A stretch of DNA of 64,000 nt from Escherichia coli (GTDB lineage Bacteria > Pseudomonadota > Gammaproteobacteria > Enterobacterales > Enterobacteriaceae). Of this stretch, positions 63,921-64,000 are shown piece after piece. Each line of letters begins with the position of its first letter. The stretch's first letter is position 1. Where the stretch lies: NCBI RefSeq assembly GCF_044324785.1, contig NZ_CP172127.1, one strand, 5' to 3'. Both the position numbers and the translations under genes were made by a program. The notes below the pieces were generated by a model that ran no database searches, was not told where the DNA came from, and saw nothing but the letters and a program-made list of their open reading frames with translations.

Positions 63921-64000
63921 TTAGCGAAGTGTTTTTGGGGTCATTACCCGACGAGCGCCAACATAGTGGCGCTGCCAGTAGTCTTCACTGAGAGAAGTGA
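63921..64000 (-). CDS. mepH: 3' end of peptidoglycan endopeptidase MepH (YdhO), truncated by the window edge
   Basis: minus-strand translation ...SEDYWQRHYVGARRVMTPKTLR-stop ends at 63921; followed by hairpin TTACCCTGTTG-N6-CAACAGGGTAA at 63889..63916. Confidence 0.6.
   Translation of the reverse strand, partial: TSLSEDYWQRHYVGARRVMTPKTLR

Overview
This window reads as a contiguous stretch of Escherichia coli K-12-like core chromosome running pheS to sodB, in reverse orientation to the usual reference; I see no convincing novel system in it. Gene order, judged from the translated ORFs and recalled from memory (not from a database search), is pheS-pheT-ihfA-btuCED-nlpC-ydiV-selO-ydiE-aroH-ppsR-ppsA-fadK-ydiTSRQ-ydiP-ydiO-ydiF-aroD-ydiB-ydiN-ydiM-ydiL-rprA-ydiK-ydiJ-menI-ydiH-sufABCDSE-ldtE-lpp-pykF-fumD-ydhYVWXUT-ydhS-ydhR-tRNA-Val x2-ydhQ-mdtK-ribC-cfa-punC-punR-purR-ynhF-ydhP-sodB, plus the 3' end of mepH. 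There is no integrase, transposase, IS inverted repeat, CRISPR array or phage gene, and no obvious extra gene relative to the K-12 order as I recall it. The least understood parts are the FNR-dependent ydhYVWXUT oxidoreductase operon, including a striking 9-residue tandem repeat in YdhT; the ydiQRST-fadK/ydiO/ydiF anaerobic acyl-CoA module; and the orphan passenger-like YdhQ. Where the ORF track gave N-terminally extended ORFs, I moved the start to the internal ATG that matches the known protein N-terminus. Most long antisense ORFs in the track are shadow ORFs inside conserved genes and are rejected.
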